From assembly GCA_016204045.1 (NCBI GenBank), contig JACQLQ010000001.1:321792-385791 (forward strand): DNA of 64,000 bases, given 5' to 3'. This DNA is from Parcubacteria group bacterium (GTDB lineage Bacteria; Patescibacteriota; Minisyncoccia; Phycocordibacterales; UBA2135). The position numbers and the translations under genes were made by a program. The notes below the pieces were generated by a model that was not told the origin of the DNA, did no database searches, and worked only from the letters and a program-made list of their open reading frames with translations. Shown in pieces: positions 18,408 to 28,213 of this stretch (its first letter is position 1; each line of letters opens with the position of its first letter).

Positions 18408-20870
18408 ATGGCAAATGAAAAGGAAAACATAAAGGAAAGCGCTGAAGAGCGCATTGTCCCTCGCAAGATTGTTACCGAGATGCGCGAGTCATATCTCGAC
18501 TACGCGATGTCGGTCATTACCTCCCGCGCACTTCCAGACGTGCGCGATGGCATGAAGCCGGTCCACCGGCGTATTTTGTATGCCATGCATGACATGGGGC
18601 TCTCGTCCGGCGGAAGGTTCCGCAAGTCTGCCGCCATCGTCGGTGAGGTGCTTGGTAAGTACCACCCACACGGCGACACGGCCGTGTATGACTCTCTGGT
18701 CAAAATGGCGCAGACGTTTTCTTCGCGCTACCCCCTTGTCCTGGGCCAGGGAAACTTCGGCTCTGTCGACGGAGACTCGGCAGCCGCTATGCGTTATACC
18801 GAGGCAAAGCTCTCGAGAAGTTCGAGCGAAATGCTTCGTGATATTGAGAAAGAGACAGTACCCTTTCGTCCCAACTATGATGGCACACACAAAGAACCGG
18901 AAGTATTGCCTGCAGCGCTACCAAACGTCCTCTTGAACGGCGCTTTGGGTATTGCCGTCGGTATGGCAACCAACATGCCTCCGCATAACCTGCGCGAAGT
19001 GGTCAACGCCACCATACACTTGATTGGCGACAAAGACGCGACAACGGAGGACTTGCTCCAGCACGTCCAAGGTCCCGATTTTCCAACAGGGGGCCTCGTT
19101 TTCAACGCCAAAGACATTGCTCACGCTTATGCGACTGGTCGCGGAGGTGTAGTGACGCGCGGAGAGGCAGAAATTGTCGAGGGCAAAAGCGGCGGTTTCC
19201 AGGTTATCATTACCTCGCTCCCGTATCGCGTGAACAAAGCAGAGTTTGTTGCGCGCATTGCCGAGCTTGTCCGCGAGAAGAAACTCGAAGGCGTTAAGGC
19301 GCTCCGCGACGAATCCTCACGAGGAGAGACGCGTGTTGCGGTGGATGTGAAGCAGGGTGCCCAGCCGCAATCTATTTTAAATTACCTCTACAAACACACT
19401 GACCTAGAGACGATGTTCCACTACAACATGCTTGCGCTGGTGGACGGCGTTCCGCGCACGCTTTCTTTGAAGAGCATTCTCCAGGAGTTCATCAAACACC
19501 GTGAAGTTGTTGTTCGCAAAAGGACCGAGTTTGACCTTGCGAAGGCAGAGGAGCGCGCACACATTTTGGAAGGGCTCAAAAAGGCGCTCGACAACATCGA
19601 CAAGATAATCACCCTCATCAAGAAGTCCAAGGATACGAAGGATGCACACGACAATTTGCAAAAACAGTTCAAGTTTTCTGACCGACAAGCCACGGCCATC
19701 CTTGAGATGCGGCTGTCAAAGCTCGCCGGTCTCGAGCGTAGGGCGGTTGAGGACGAACTCAAAGAAAAACTCGAGCTCATTAAGGAATTGAAGTCGATTT
19801 TGGGAAGTCAGGCAAAGATCCGCGACATCATCAAAAAGGAGCTTAAAGAAGTATGCGACAAATACGGTGATGAACGAAGAACCAAGGTAGTAAGGGGCGG
19901 GGTGAAGATGCTCTCCGCAGAAGATCTTGTCCCCGAAGAGGAGACGGTCTTGGTGCTTTCGCAAGGAGGCTATCTTAAGCGGACAAACCCGAAAGAATAC
20001 CGTCGCCAAAAGCGAGGAGGTGTTGGCGTGATGGACCTCTCTACCAAAGAGGAGGACTTTATTTCGATTTTCCTTACGGCCTCCACCCACGCAAGCGTGC
20101 TCTTCTTCACCAACCGCGGCAAAGCGTATCAAACAAAGATGTACGAGATCCCTGAAGGAAAGCGCGCAACTAAGGGCAAGTCCATCATGAACTTCTTGCC
20201 GCTCTCGGAGGGGGAGTTTGTTACCTCCGTTCTCCCGGTACCAAAGGAAGCGCGACAAATGAAAGACCTTTCGCTCACGATGGTGACCACAGGCGGGACC
20301 GTTAAGAAGGTGAGCGCGGATTCCTTCCTCGATGTCCGTCGGAGCGGCATCATCGCCATAAAGCTCAAGGGCGCTGATACACTTTTCTCCTCATTCTTTG
20401 TCGGGAAAGATGATGATATCATTATAGTAACAGCGAAGGGGCAGTCGATTCGCTTCAAATCTTCGCAAACGCGCGAGATGGGGCGCGCAGCGTCCGGCGT
20501 CCGGGCAGTCCGGTTCAAGAAGAACGATTCTGTTGTTGGTGCAAATGCCGTAAAGAAGAGCGAGAAAGACCCAATGCTCCTCGTCATGAGTTCTAAGGGC
20601 TATGGCAAGAGAACAGCACTCGCTGAGTACAAAGTTCAAGGACGCGGTGGTTCTGGTATTAAGACCGCAAACGTTACTCCTAAAACCGGTTCTGTCATCG
20701 GTGCTCGAGTAGTCACAGAAGACCTCGAAGAAATAATAGCCATTTCCAAGAACGGTACAGTGATCCGCACATCGCTCGCCGAGATACCAAAGCTTGGTCG
20801 CGCGACTCAAGGGGTCCGCGTGATGAAACTCCGTGAGGGAGATGAGGTTGCGACGTTTATTACACTGTAG
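18408..20870 (+). CDS. gyrA: DNA gyrase subunit A
   Basis: [20 protein letters not shown], active-site Tyr region, C-terminal beta-pinwheel repeats. AAGGA Shine-Dalgarno. Confidence 0.95.
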   Translation: MANEKENIKESAEERIVPRKIVTEMRESYLDYAMSVITSRALPDVRDGMKPVHRRILYAMHDMGLSSGGRFRKSAAIVGEVLGKYHPHGDTAVYDSLVKMAQTFSSRYPLVLGQGNFGSVDGDSAAAMRYTEAKLSRSSSEMLRDIEKETVPFRPNYDGTHKEPEVLPAALPNVLLNGALGIAVGMATNMPPHNLREVVNATIHLIGDKDATTEDLLQHVQGPDFPTGGLVFNAKDIAHAYATGRGGVVTRGEAEIVEGKSGGFQVIITSLPYRVNKAEFVARIAELVREKKLEGVKALRDESSRGETRVAVDVKQGAQPQSILNYLYKHTDLETMFHYNMLALVDGVPRTLSLKSILQEFIKHREVVVRKRTEFDLAKAEERAHILEGLKKALDNIDKIITLIKKSKDTKDAHDNLQKQFKFSDRQATAILEMRLSKLAGLERRAVEDELKEKLELIKELKSILGSQAKIRDIIKKELKEVCDKYGDERRTKVVRGGVKMLSAEDLVPEEETVLVLSQGGYLKRTNPKEYRRQKRGGVGVMDLSTKEEDFISIFLTASTHASVLFFTNRGKAYQTKMYEIPEGKRATKGKSIMNFLPLSEGEFVTSVLPVPKEARQMKDLSLTMVTTGGTVKKVSADSFLDVRRSGIIAIKLKGADTLFSSFFVGKDDDIIIVTAKGQSIRFKSSQTREMGRAASGVRAVRFKKNDSVVGANAVKKSEKDPMLLVMSSKGYGKRTALAEYKVQGRGGSGIKTANVTPKTGSVIGARVVTEDLEEIIAISKNGTVIRTSLAEIPKLGRATQGVRVMKLREGDEVATFITL

Positions 20871-20888
20871 ACATATCGCCGCGCACAT

Positions 20889-21419
20889 ATGCCTTTCTCC
20901 AACCCGCAAACAATCATAGAATCGTGTCACTTTGGAATGGGATGGCATGTGGCGGAGTTTGGTGTTGGAAGTGGCGCCTATACACGCGCTATTCTCAAGG
21001 TTATAGGGAAAGAGGGCTTTGTGTACGCCGTCGATATCCAAAAGAATCTCTTGAATCGCGTACTTCGCGAAGCGAATGACGCAGGGTATTCCAACATCTC
21101 GATTGTGCACGGAGACCTGGAGCAATCGAGCGGCTCTAAGCTTGGCACCGAAAGCATGGACGCTGTCGTCATTGCAAACTTACTCTTCCAAACAAAGAAC
21201 AAAAATGGAGTTGTGGCAGAGGCGAGGCGCGTTTTGAAGCCCAAGGGGAAAGTGCTTGTTGTCGACTGGTCTGCCTCTTTTGCTGGCATTGGGCCACGTG
21301 AGGAAGACGTCATTTCCGGCGCTGAAACGGAAAAGCTCTTTACCGCCGCTGGATTTGTAGCAGAGAAGACGGTTAACGCGGGGGAGCATCACTATGGTAT
21401 CCTGTTTAAGAAGGGATAG
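20889..21419 (+). CDS. class I SAM-dependent methyltransferase
   Basis: Motif I VAEFGVGSGAYT. Acidic residue after beta-2 (VDIQ). Confidence 0.75.
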   Translation: MPFSNPQTIIESCHFGMGWHVAEFGVGSGAYTRAILKVIGKEGFVYAVDIQKNLLNRVLREANDAGYSNISIVHGDLEQSSGSKLGTESMDAVVIANLLFQTKNKNGVVAEARRVLKPKGKVLVVDWSASFAGIGPREEDVISGAETEKLFTAAGFVAEKTVNAGEHHYGILFKKG

Positions 21420-21431
21420 CCTCTCATTCGC

Positions 21432-22742
21432 ATGCAGTTTAATGCATTTCAATACACACTACTCGGCATCTTCGGCGCTTTTTTGATTTTGGGCATTGTC
21501 ATTTTCTCGGGACTTATTCCGCTTGGAAGTGATGCACCACAAGGCGTTGGCGGTACAGTCGTCGTATGGGGGACTGTCTCCGCGGCTCGTTTGAGTGAAC
21601 CGCTTGTTGCCCTAAACAACAAAAACAAAGGTTTGTTCGAGGTGCAGTATGTCGAAAAGGACTCGCGCTTCTTCGACCTAGAACTCATCGAAGCCCTTGC
21701 GGCAGATCGGGGACCTGACCTCATTTTGCTCCCACACGATTTGACCCTTCGACACCGAGACAAAATACTTCCGATTCCCTACGAAACGTTTTCGGAGCGC
21801 AGTTTTCGTGACGCATATGTAGACGCCGGTGATCTCTACTTTTCGAGCGATGGAATATTGGCGCTTCCCTTCACCATTGATCCCTTGGTCATGTACTACA
21901 ACCGCTCGCTTTTGTCGGGGGCGGGTGTCGTTAAGGCTCCCGCGTATTGGGATGAGTTCTTTATCCTCGGGGAGGAACTGACAAAGAAGGATGCTGCAGG
22001 CAACATCGAAACAAGCGCGGTCTCCTTGGGGGAGTATCGGAACATCAGGAACACGAAAGACATCCTCTCACTCCTCATGATCCAAAGCGGGAACCCCATT
22101 GTTGAAGACGAAAACGGTGTGTACCGCGTTTTACTCTCGGAGCGTCTCGGCTTGGTTGTGCCTCCGGCCGAGAGTGCACTTCGTTTCTTCACCGAGTTTT
22201 CCAACCCGACAAAGCCCATGTACTCGTGGAATCGCTCACTCTCGGAAGCGCAAGATCTCTTTGCGGCGAATGATTTGGTAATATATTTTGGGTATGCGAG
22301 CGAGAGAGCGCAGATTGAGGCAAAGAGTCCCCGGCTCAATTTTGACGTCGCCCCAATACCACAAGTGAGGAATGTGGCCACCATTGCGACATCGGGCAAG
22401 ATGACGGGGATTGCGGTTCTCAAGCGTTCGAAAAATATAACAACCGCATTTTATGCGGCGTACGCGCTTGCGGGAAGCGAATTCCTGCAAGCGGTCTTGG
22501 CACGTGACACGCTTCCGCCCGTACGTCGCGATCTCTTAGTTCACAAGCCGACAGACTCTTTTGGACGTGTCTTTTATGACGCCGCGCTCATTGTGCGCTT
22601 GTGGCCCGACCCAAATCCGGAAGCGACAGGGCGTATTTTCCAAGACATGATTGAGACGGTTGTCTCGGGAAGGCGTACCGTGGCTGAAGCAGTCGGTCGG
22701 GCGGCAATAGAACTCACGGAACTCTATCCTTCTAATCCGTAA
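21432..22742 (+). CDS. membrane-anchored extracellular solute-binding protein, family 1 (orphan, no adjacent permease/ATPase)
   Basis: N-terminal TM. GPDLILLPHD...ALPFTIDPLVMYYNRSLL...APAYWDEF aligns with MalE-type family-1 substrate-binding proteins. Confidence 0.55.
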   Translation: MQFNAFQYTLLGIFGAFLILGIVIFSGLIPLGSDAPQGVGGTVVVWGTVSAARLSEPLVALNNKNKGLFEVQYVEKDSRFFDLELIEALAADRGPDLILLPHDLTLRHRDKILPIPYETFSERSFRDAYVDAGDLYFSSDGILALPFTIDPLVMYYNRSLLSGAGVVKAPAYWDEFFILGEELTKKDAAGNIETSAVSLGEYRNIRNTKDILSLLMIQSGNPIVEDENGVYRVLLSERLGLVVPPAESALRFFTEFSNPTKPMYSWNRSLSEAQDLFAANDLVIYFGYASERAQIEAKSPRLNFDVAPIPQVRNVATIATSGKMTGIAVLKRSKNITTAFYAAYALAGSEFLQAVLARDTLPPVRRDLLVHKPTDSFGRVFYDAALIVRLWPDPNPEATGRIFQDMIETVVSGRRTVAEAVGRAAIELTELYPSNP

Positions 22743-22765
22743 CACTTCGTACTCGGTACCTCTTT

Positions 22766-23155
22766 ATGACTTTCTCAAAATTTTTCTTTCTCATACTTAT
22801 CGTAGCGCTTATCGTGCCTTTTGCCGTGTTTGGACAAGGCGTTACCCAAGAGAGGGGAATCGTGCCATGTGAAGGCACAGTAGAGAGCCCGTGCAATTTT
22901 GATGCTTTCGTCCTATTGATACAGCAGGTGATCGATTTTCTTCTCACGAGTATTGCTATGCCCGTTGCGGCACTTTCGTTTGCGTATGCGGGGTATCTGT
23001 ATCTCACCGCCGCTGGTAATGAGGGTCAGGCGAAAAAAGCTATCGGGATTTTTACCACAGTGGCGTACGGGATCATCTTTGCTCTCGCGGCATGGCTCTT
23101 GATCAACCTCATTGTCAACACACTACTTAGACCCGGCCTCTCGCTCCTGGGCTAA
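22766..23155 (+). CDS. VirB2/TrbC-like pilin-type small membrane protein (paralog 1 of 5)
   Basis: Signal peptide, then two hydrophobic helices separated by a KK-containing loop (PVAALSFAYAGYLYLTAAGNEGQAKKAIGIF...AAWLLINL). Confidence 0.5.
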   Translation: MTFSKFFFLILIVALIVPFAVFGQGVTQERGIVPCEGTVESPCNFDAFVLLIQQVIDFLLTSIAMPVAALSFAYAGYLYLTAAGNEGQAKKAIGIFTTVAYGIIFALAAWLLINLIVNTLLRPGLSLLG

Positions 23156-23273
23156 ATCGGGACCTTTGATGGATCACCCGATCGCGCCGCAGGCGGGGCC
23201 CAAGAGGAAACCCCGTGTTTGTTTATCCACAATCATTCTATCCCCGCGCTCATTTGGGCGATATAATACACCT

Positions 23274-23630
23274 ATGAGTAGACTCTCTCTAATTGTGTGG
23301 AGGTTGGCCGCCCTCGCTTTATGTTTGCCGTATATTGCGGAGGCGCAAACGCGACGACTCCAAAATCCGCTCCAGAGTGATATCAATACCCTCCCGAAAC
23401 TCGTGGAAGCGATTCTTGAAGTGGTGGTTTTGATTGGTACTCCTGTTGCGGCACTCTTCATCATCTACTCTGGCTTCCTCTTTGTTACGGCGCGCGGAGA
23501 TGAGACAAGGCTAAAGACAGCCAAAAAAGCTTTTTACTACTCAGTCATCGGTACTGCACTCCTCCTCGGTGCGTGGGCGCTTGCACAGGCAATTGGCGCC
23601 ACGATTGAGCAAGTAGTTCGTCCCCGTTAA
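23274..23630 (+). CDS. VirB2/TrbC-like pilin-type small membrane protein (paralog 2)
   Basis: MSRLSLIVWRLAALALCLPYIAEAQ signal peptide. PVAALFIIYSGFLFVTARGDETRLKTAKKAFYYSVIGTALLLGAWALA. Closest to paralog 1. Confidence 0.5.
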   Translation: MSRLSLIVWRLAALALCLPYIAEAQTRRLQNPLQSDINTLPKLVEAILEVVVLIGTPVAALFIIYSGFLFVTARGDETRLKTAKKAFYYSVIGTALLLGAWALAQAIGATIEQVVRPR

Positions 23631-23651
23631 CATCCTCAAGCATAGGTGATT

Positions 23652-24122
23652 ATGAACTACAAACTTTTTCTTCTTCTCGCGTTCGTGGCGCCTCTCTTTC
23701 TAAGCGCCCAGGGGAGAATCGGGCAAGAGCCGCAAAACGTGGGGGAACTCATCTCTCTGTTCCTCCAGATTCTTGGCCTACTCATCCCCCTAATTGTCAC
23801 TATCGCACTCATTGCGTTCCTCTGGGGTGTCTTTCGTTATGTCATTGCGAAGGGCCCTGAAGACAAAAAAGAAGCGATCAATGTAATTGCGTGGGGTCTT
23901 ATTGGTCTTTTTGTCATGGTGTCAGTCTGGGGGCTTGTTTCTGTGCTATCAAATACGTTTGGCGTACGCGGGGGTTTCCCGTTCTTTCCCACACGCGGAA
24001 CTTCTGTCGGAAATACAGTGAACACAAACAACTACACAAATACGTATGAACCCAATATTGATGAGATACCAAATCCGCCCTATGTGCCGCCACCGCAGCA
24101 AATTGACTCGCAAAGTCCGTAA
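23652..24122 (+). CDS. VirB2/TrbC-like pilin-type small membrane protein (paralog 3, Pro/Asn-rich C-terminal tail)
   Basis: Signal peptide ending LSAQG. LIPLIVTIALIAFLWGVFRYVIAKGPEDKKEAINVIAWGLIGLFVMVSVWGLVSVLSNTFGV. Confidence 0.55.
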   Translation: MNYKLFLLLAFVAPLFLSAQGRIGQEPQNVGELISLFLQILGLLIPLIVTIALIAFLWGVFRYVIAKGPEDKKEAINVIAWGLIGLFVMVSVWGLVSVLSNTFGVRGGFPFFPTRGTSVGNTVNTNNYTNTYEPNIDEIPNPPYVPPPQQIDSQSP

Positions 24123-24272
24123 CCCCCTGCGTCCAACCCACGTCCCTCCAGGCAGGGGTGTGAATAAACCCCATAGCAATCAAGCGCCGCTTACATTACA
24201 ATGTAGATAAAGTCAAAGCATTGCAAAACTACCAAGGTCGTACCTCATTATAAGTTTTAAAAACATTACTAT

Positions 24273-24629
24273 ATGAAAAAATTTCTTGTACCAGCGAGTC
24301 TTTTTGTCTTCCCACTTGTCGCAGCCGCGCAACAGACCGTTACGAGCATTCTTGCGCGCGTGATGGCAATCTTGAACCTCATTATCCCGATTGTTATTAC
24401 CTTTGCGCTCATCACGTTCCTCTGGGGTGTCTTTAAGTACGTGACAGCAGGCGAGAGTGATGACAAGAAGAAAGCCATTGAACTCATTGCATATGGTTTG
24501 GTTGCCCTCTTTGTCATGGTTGCCGTTTGGGGATTGGTCGCGATCGTTGGCAACACGTTTGGTGTTCAGCCGGGGGGAGCAGCACCAGGAGTTCCCGGCA
24601 TACCTGGGTATACAGGTGGTGGATTCTAG
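24273..24629 (+). CDS. VirB2/TrbC-like pilin-type small membrane protein (paralog 4, Gly/Pro-rich tail)
   Basis: Signal peptide ending AAAQQ. IIPIVITFALITFLWGVFKYVTAGESDDKKKAIELIAYGLVALFVMVAVWGLVAIVGNTFGV. Confidence 0.55.
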   Translation: MKKFLVPASLFVFPLVAAAQQTVTSILARVMAILNLIIPIVITFALITFLWGVFKYVTAGESDDKKKAIELIAYGLVALFVMVAVWGLVAIVGNTFGVQPGGAAPGVPGIPGYTGGGF

Positions 24630-24644
24630 TAACTTTAGAGAATC

Positions 24645-24956
24645 ATGCCCCCAGTTACTTCAGGATCAGAACAAACTGCACAAACGGCACTCGGCTCTGC
24701 TCGAGAGCTTATCTTCAGAATAAATGAGTTTATTCTGAATCCTATTATCGCGATTTTGTTCGGAATCGCACTCGTCGTCTTTCTGTGGGGAGTTGTGGAG
24801 TTTATCTGGAAGTCCAACGAAGAAACCGCGCGTGAGCGAGGTCAGCAGCACATTATGTGGGGGCTTATCGGCATGTTCATTATGGTTGCCGTGTTCTCGA
24901 TCATCCACATCATTGCTCGCACCTTTGGACTCGATATTCCTGCGACAATACGTTAA
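24645..24956 (+). CDS. VirB2/TrbC-like pilin-type small membrane protein (paralog 5, no classic signal peptide)
   Basis: IIAILFGIALVVFLWGVVEFIWKSNEETARERGQQHIMWGLIGMFIMVAVFSIIHIIARTFGL shares the FLWGV...GL..VMVAV...TFG core. Confidence 0.5.
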   Translation: MPPVTSGSEQTAQTALGSARELIFRINEFILNPIIAILFGIALVVFLWGVVEFIWKSNEETARERGQQHIMWGLIGMFIMVAVFSIIHIIARTFGLDIPATIR

Positions 24957-25097
24957 GTAAAAGTGCTAAAGAAAAGCTGGTCCCGCCCGGGCCAGCTTTT
25001 CTTTTTGAGATGTATGTGGCGTAACAATAAAAAGGCGTGATTGTAGGGCCCTCAGTTTGCTATCCTTATTGGAGATTTTAGTTGAGAGAGAAGACTG

Positions 25098-26045
25098 ATG
25101 CGTCTCCGTGGGACTGATTTCGGTGATGTATTTGGTGCTTCTGGTGTGCAAGGCTTCTTTGGAGAGGGGTACTGGTTTCATACACCCCTTCGTCCGTTTG
25201 GTCTCGACTTTGAAGGCATGACTCTCGTCTCAAAGACGGCGACACTTGAGGCAAACGTGGGGAACATGCCGCTCACAGAGTTCTATACACCACGAGATCT
25301 CTTTCCTGACTGTATTAAAATACAGCCATGGCGTGGTGCAGCGCTCAATGCCGTCAGGCTGAGTAATCCAGGGCTCAGGGCTCTCCTCGATACTGGTTTG
25401 TGGCAAATGCGAACCGAACCGTTCCTCATTTCATTTATGTCGCTCGCGGATACTCCCGAGAAGCGACTCGACGAGTTTCGTGCCGCAGTGGATATGCTCG
25501 GTCCTGCAAAAGATGATTTCTGCGCACCGTTTGGATTCCAACCCAATCTGTCATGTCCGAACACCGGGCATAAACCGAGCGAACTCATTGGTGAGTCTGC
25601 AAAAGTTCTTGAGGTTGCGGCAAAGCTTGGTGTGCCCGTAGTGCCGAAGTACAGCATTGCGTCAGCCCCAGTAGAAGCCGTTCTCGAACTCAACCAAAAT
25701 CCCAATTGTGATGCAATATGCATCTCGAACACTGTACCGTGGGGATGGCATGGGATCAATTGGGAAGGTGTTTGGGGGAGCAAGAACTCACCCCTCGCAA
25801 AGCTAGGGGGCGGTGGATTCTCGGGGGCGACACTCAAACCCTTTGTGTGTGAGTGGGTGAGCAAGTTGCGTAAGGCTGGCTTTACGAAACCCATTAATGG
25901 CGGTGGCGGCATTTTCTCCCGCAATGATATTTGGGATTATCGCTCTGCTGGCGCTTCGTCTGTTTTCTTGGGCTCTGTCGCCATGCTTCGTCCGTGGCGC
26001 GTACGCGGACTTATCAAAGAAGCCAATCGTCTGGTTTGGGAATAA
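25098..26045 (+). CDS. dihydroorotate dehydrogenase-like flavoprotein (class 1 family)
   Basis: NLSCPNTGHKP matches the class-1 DHODH NLSCPN motif. VSKTATLEANVGN substrate loop. C-terminal GGGGIFS FMN-binding glycine motif. Confidence 0.6.
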   Translation: MRLRGTDFGDVFGASGVQGFFGEGYWFHTPLRPFGLDFEGMTLVSKTATLEANVGNMPLTEFYTPRDLFPDCIKIQPWRGAALNAVRLSNPGLRALLDTGLWQMRTEPFLISFMSLADTPEKRLDEFRAAVDMLGPAKDDFCAPFGFQPNLSCPNTGHKPSELIGESAKVLEVAAKLGVPVVPKYSIASAPVEAVLELNQNPNCDAICISNTVPWGWHGINWEGVWGSKNSPLAKLGGGGFSGATLKPFVCEWVSKLRKAGFTKPINGGGGIFSRNDIWDYRSAGASSVFLGSVAMLRPWRVRGLIKEANRLVWE

Positions 26046-26048
26046 CAA

Positions 26049-26078
26049 CAACCGATCGCTATCCGCGGTCGGTTTTTA
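26049..26078 (+). terminator. terminator after pyrD-like gene
   Basis: aaccgatcgc-tatcc-gcggtcggttttt. Confidence 0.55.
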
Positions 26079-26179
26079 TTTCGTCGAGCGAGTGGGCAAA
26101 ATAAAAATGTTTCAATTTTTATTTTCTCCGAGCGAAGCGAGCCACCTCCGATACCTCGGAACAAGTCCCGAGGTCACCT

Positions 26180-27019
26180 TTACAAGTGTAGTTCTTTTGT
26201 CGTGAGTCGCCAGTCTCGCTGTGTCGTCCGCTCCTCAAGGCGTTCAATCCACGCCTCGTCAAAACTATATTGTTTCGCGATCATTTCTGGAGTCAGATGT
26301 TTTTCAGTGAGGAGATAGAGCATTTTGTCGAGCGTGTCGTAGGTGACTCCGAACGTATCCTCGTCATACCATGTGTCCACACCGCCAGGCTTCCGAGCAA
26401 TGATTTCTTCTGGCACATTGAGCACCCGCGCAAGGTCAAAGATTTCACTCTTGAAAAGTGGAGCGAGCGGTGCCACATGCCCGTAGAAATGTTCCATGAG
26501 CCGACCTGTAAGGATCTCACTTTTGTTGATTGTCGAAAGGACGGCGTAGTTTTTCTCATCGGCGACCTGGAATAAGATGTTCTGCACGACACGGGTGGAA
26601 ATGTTCACATCCGTAAAGGGCCCACGCTCTTTGACGAGCGCCTGGAAGGCCCCGTATATCTTTGAAGCGTCGAATACTTCGTACTCGACCCCGAGTGCTT
26701 CTGCGCTCGCAATAGCTAGCGCTTCTTGTTCACGGTGTTCGGGTATGTCTCCAAGGTTCACGATTACAGCTAGAACACGTTCTTTCCCAAGGGCTTTGAG
26801 AGCAAGCGCCCCCGTAGTTGCCCCATCCAAACCGTCAGAGATTCCAACAACTGCCCCAGCCCAATAATCGGGGACGGTGATGTTGTCGCGCAGGAAGTCG
26901 CACACTTTCTCGACCATTGCTTCATCTGTAACTTTTTTGTATGTAAAATTAAGCGGACCAGTTTTCTTCGGTTTTCCCGGGTAATAGCTTTCGACGTTTT
27001 GTGTGCGATCTTTCGCCAT
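26180..27019 (-). CDS. nadE: NH3-dependent NAD+ synthetase
   Basis: PP-loop GISDGLDGATT (SGGxDS variant). N-type ATP pyrophosphatase family. Confidence 0.85.
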   Translation of the reverse strand: MAKDRTQNVESYYPGKPKKTGPLNFTYKKVTDEAMVEKVCDFLRDNITVPDYWAGAVVGISDGLDGATTGALALKALGKERVLAVIVNLGDIPEHREQEALAIASAEALGVEYEVFDASKIYGAFQALVKERGPFTDVNISTRVVQNILFQVADEKNYAVLSTINKSEILTGRLMEHFYGHVAPLAPLFKSEIFDLARVLNVPEEIIARKPGGVDTWYDEDTFGVTYDTLDKMLYLLTEKHLTPEMIAKQYSFDEAWIERLEERTTQRDWRLTTKELHL

Positions 27020-27092
27020 GTATAAAAGTATACCAACTTCAAATAAAAAAGCCGAGGTGTCTCGGCTTATGTGTCACCAAGGTGGATTAGCC

Positions 27093-27683
27093 CTACGCTA
27101 AGCTTGGAATGTGAGAATTACGTGTACGCAATATCTCTACTATCCTCCGTGTATTTCGATTCCACAAGAGCGGGGGAATGCAAAAGAGCATGACAGCGAT
27201 AACCAAAGCAACCAAGCCGCTATAAGGCTCAAGATTATTTGTGAAGGAAGACACAAGCAAGAATATTGCGGTCACTGCCGAAACAATTCCTGAAATCAGC
27301 ACACGCCAGTGGCTTTTCCAAGACCATGGCACAGCCTTGCGTTGGCCCGCCTCAATGAGTGAGTATTTAGGAATGCTACCAAGTGTGACAATACTCCCCG
27401 AGAGGTCGTACCACGTTTCTTGGCCCTCGTCTCTCTCTACACCCACAAGATGGAAGTTTTCTTTGAGCGCGCCCGATTCGTCGGGGTTCGACACTACATA
27501 GAGGCGCAGGAAGACGTAGTTATTGATCTCTTTCGCAATAGCTATGCGAATAGCGTCTGGTAGCCGTGCGAAAAAGGCTCCACTTGGTGGGTCCCACCCG
27601 CGAGGCGATAATGTTGCTCTGTACCTGGCTACTCTCCGAAGAATATCGATCGCTTGATTCGAAAGGGCGGTGTAAGGAGTCAC
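27093..27683 (-). CDS. hypothetical membrane protein
   Basis: 196-aa ORF with C-terminal TM helices. No family recognised. Confidence 0.5.
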   Translation of the reverse strand: MTPYTALSNQAIDILRRVARYRATLSPRGWDPPSGAFFARLPDAIRIAIAKEINNYVFLRLYVVSNPDESGALKENFHLVGVERDEGQETWYDLSGSIVTLGSIPKYSLIEAGQRKAVPWSWKSHWRVLISGIVSAVTAIFLLVSSFTNNLEPYSGLVALVIAVMLFCIPPLLWNRNTRRIVEILRTRNSHIPSLA

Positions 27684-27752
27684 ATCTGTCTCCCTTGGGG
27701 CTACCTCTCAAAAAATAAAATCACTTTTCTGCAGAAAAGTCAAGAGCTGTAG

Positions 27753-27837
27753 TTGGTGCTCCCGAGAGGACTCGAACCTCTAACCCTTGCGGGACATGGT
27801 TCTAAGCCATGCGCGTATACCAATTCCGCCACGGGAG
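27753..27837 (-). tRNA. tRNA-Leu(TAG), CCA encoded
   Basis: Reverse complement GCTCCCGTGGCGGAATTGGTA...CATGGCTTAGAACCATG...long variable arm...GGTTCGAGTCCTCTCGGGAGCACCA. Confidence 0.9.
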
Positions 27838-28023
27838 CATTTTGCAAAATTAATACAGGAACACGAAATAACCGTCAATGAAAAAGCCCACAAACCCAAT
27901 TACTGCGCGCAGATACGTGCGCCATGTTGCATGTCCCTCGCGCGCCTCAAACATTGCATCGGCGAAAATAAATGCAAAGACGAGTATCCCAATCGCATCA
28001 AAATATTGAAAGGCTTGCATTGG

Positions 28024-28096
28024 ATCCGCTCAGTAGGAGTCGAACCTACAACCAACTGCTTAAGAGGCAGCTGCTCTACCATTGAGCTATGAGCGG
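28024..28096 (-). tRNA. tRNA-Lys(CTT)
   Basis: Reverse complement CCGCTCATAGCTCAATGGTAGAGCAGCTGCCTCTTAAGCAGT...GTAGGTTCGACTCCTACTGAGCGGA. Anticodon loop ct-CTT-aa. Confidence 0.8.
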
Positions 28097-28213
28097 GTGA
28101 AAGGTGCTTTGTGTCTAGTACAATAGCTTCTTTTTGCTACTTTCTCAAGTGTACCAAAAGAAAAGGGGAGCCGCGATTGCGAACTCCCCACAGCAAGCAG
28201 AGCATTACCCGGA

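Noticed and set aside
27787-28092. 101-aa plus ORF
   Set aside because: Entirely overlapped by tRNA-Leu(TAG) and tRNA-Lys(CTT) on the opposite strand.
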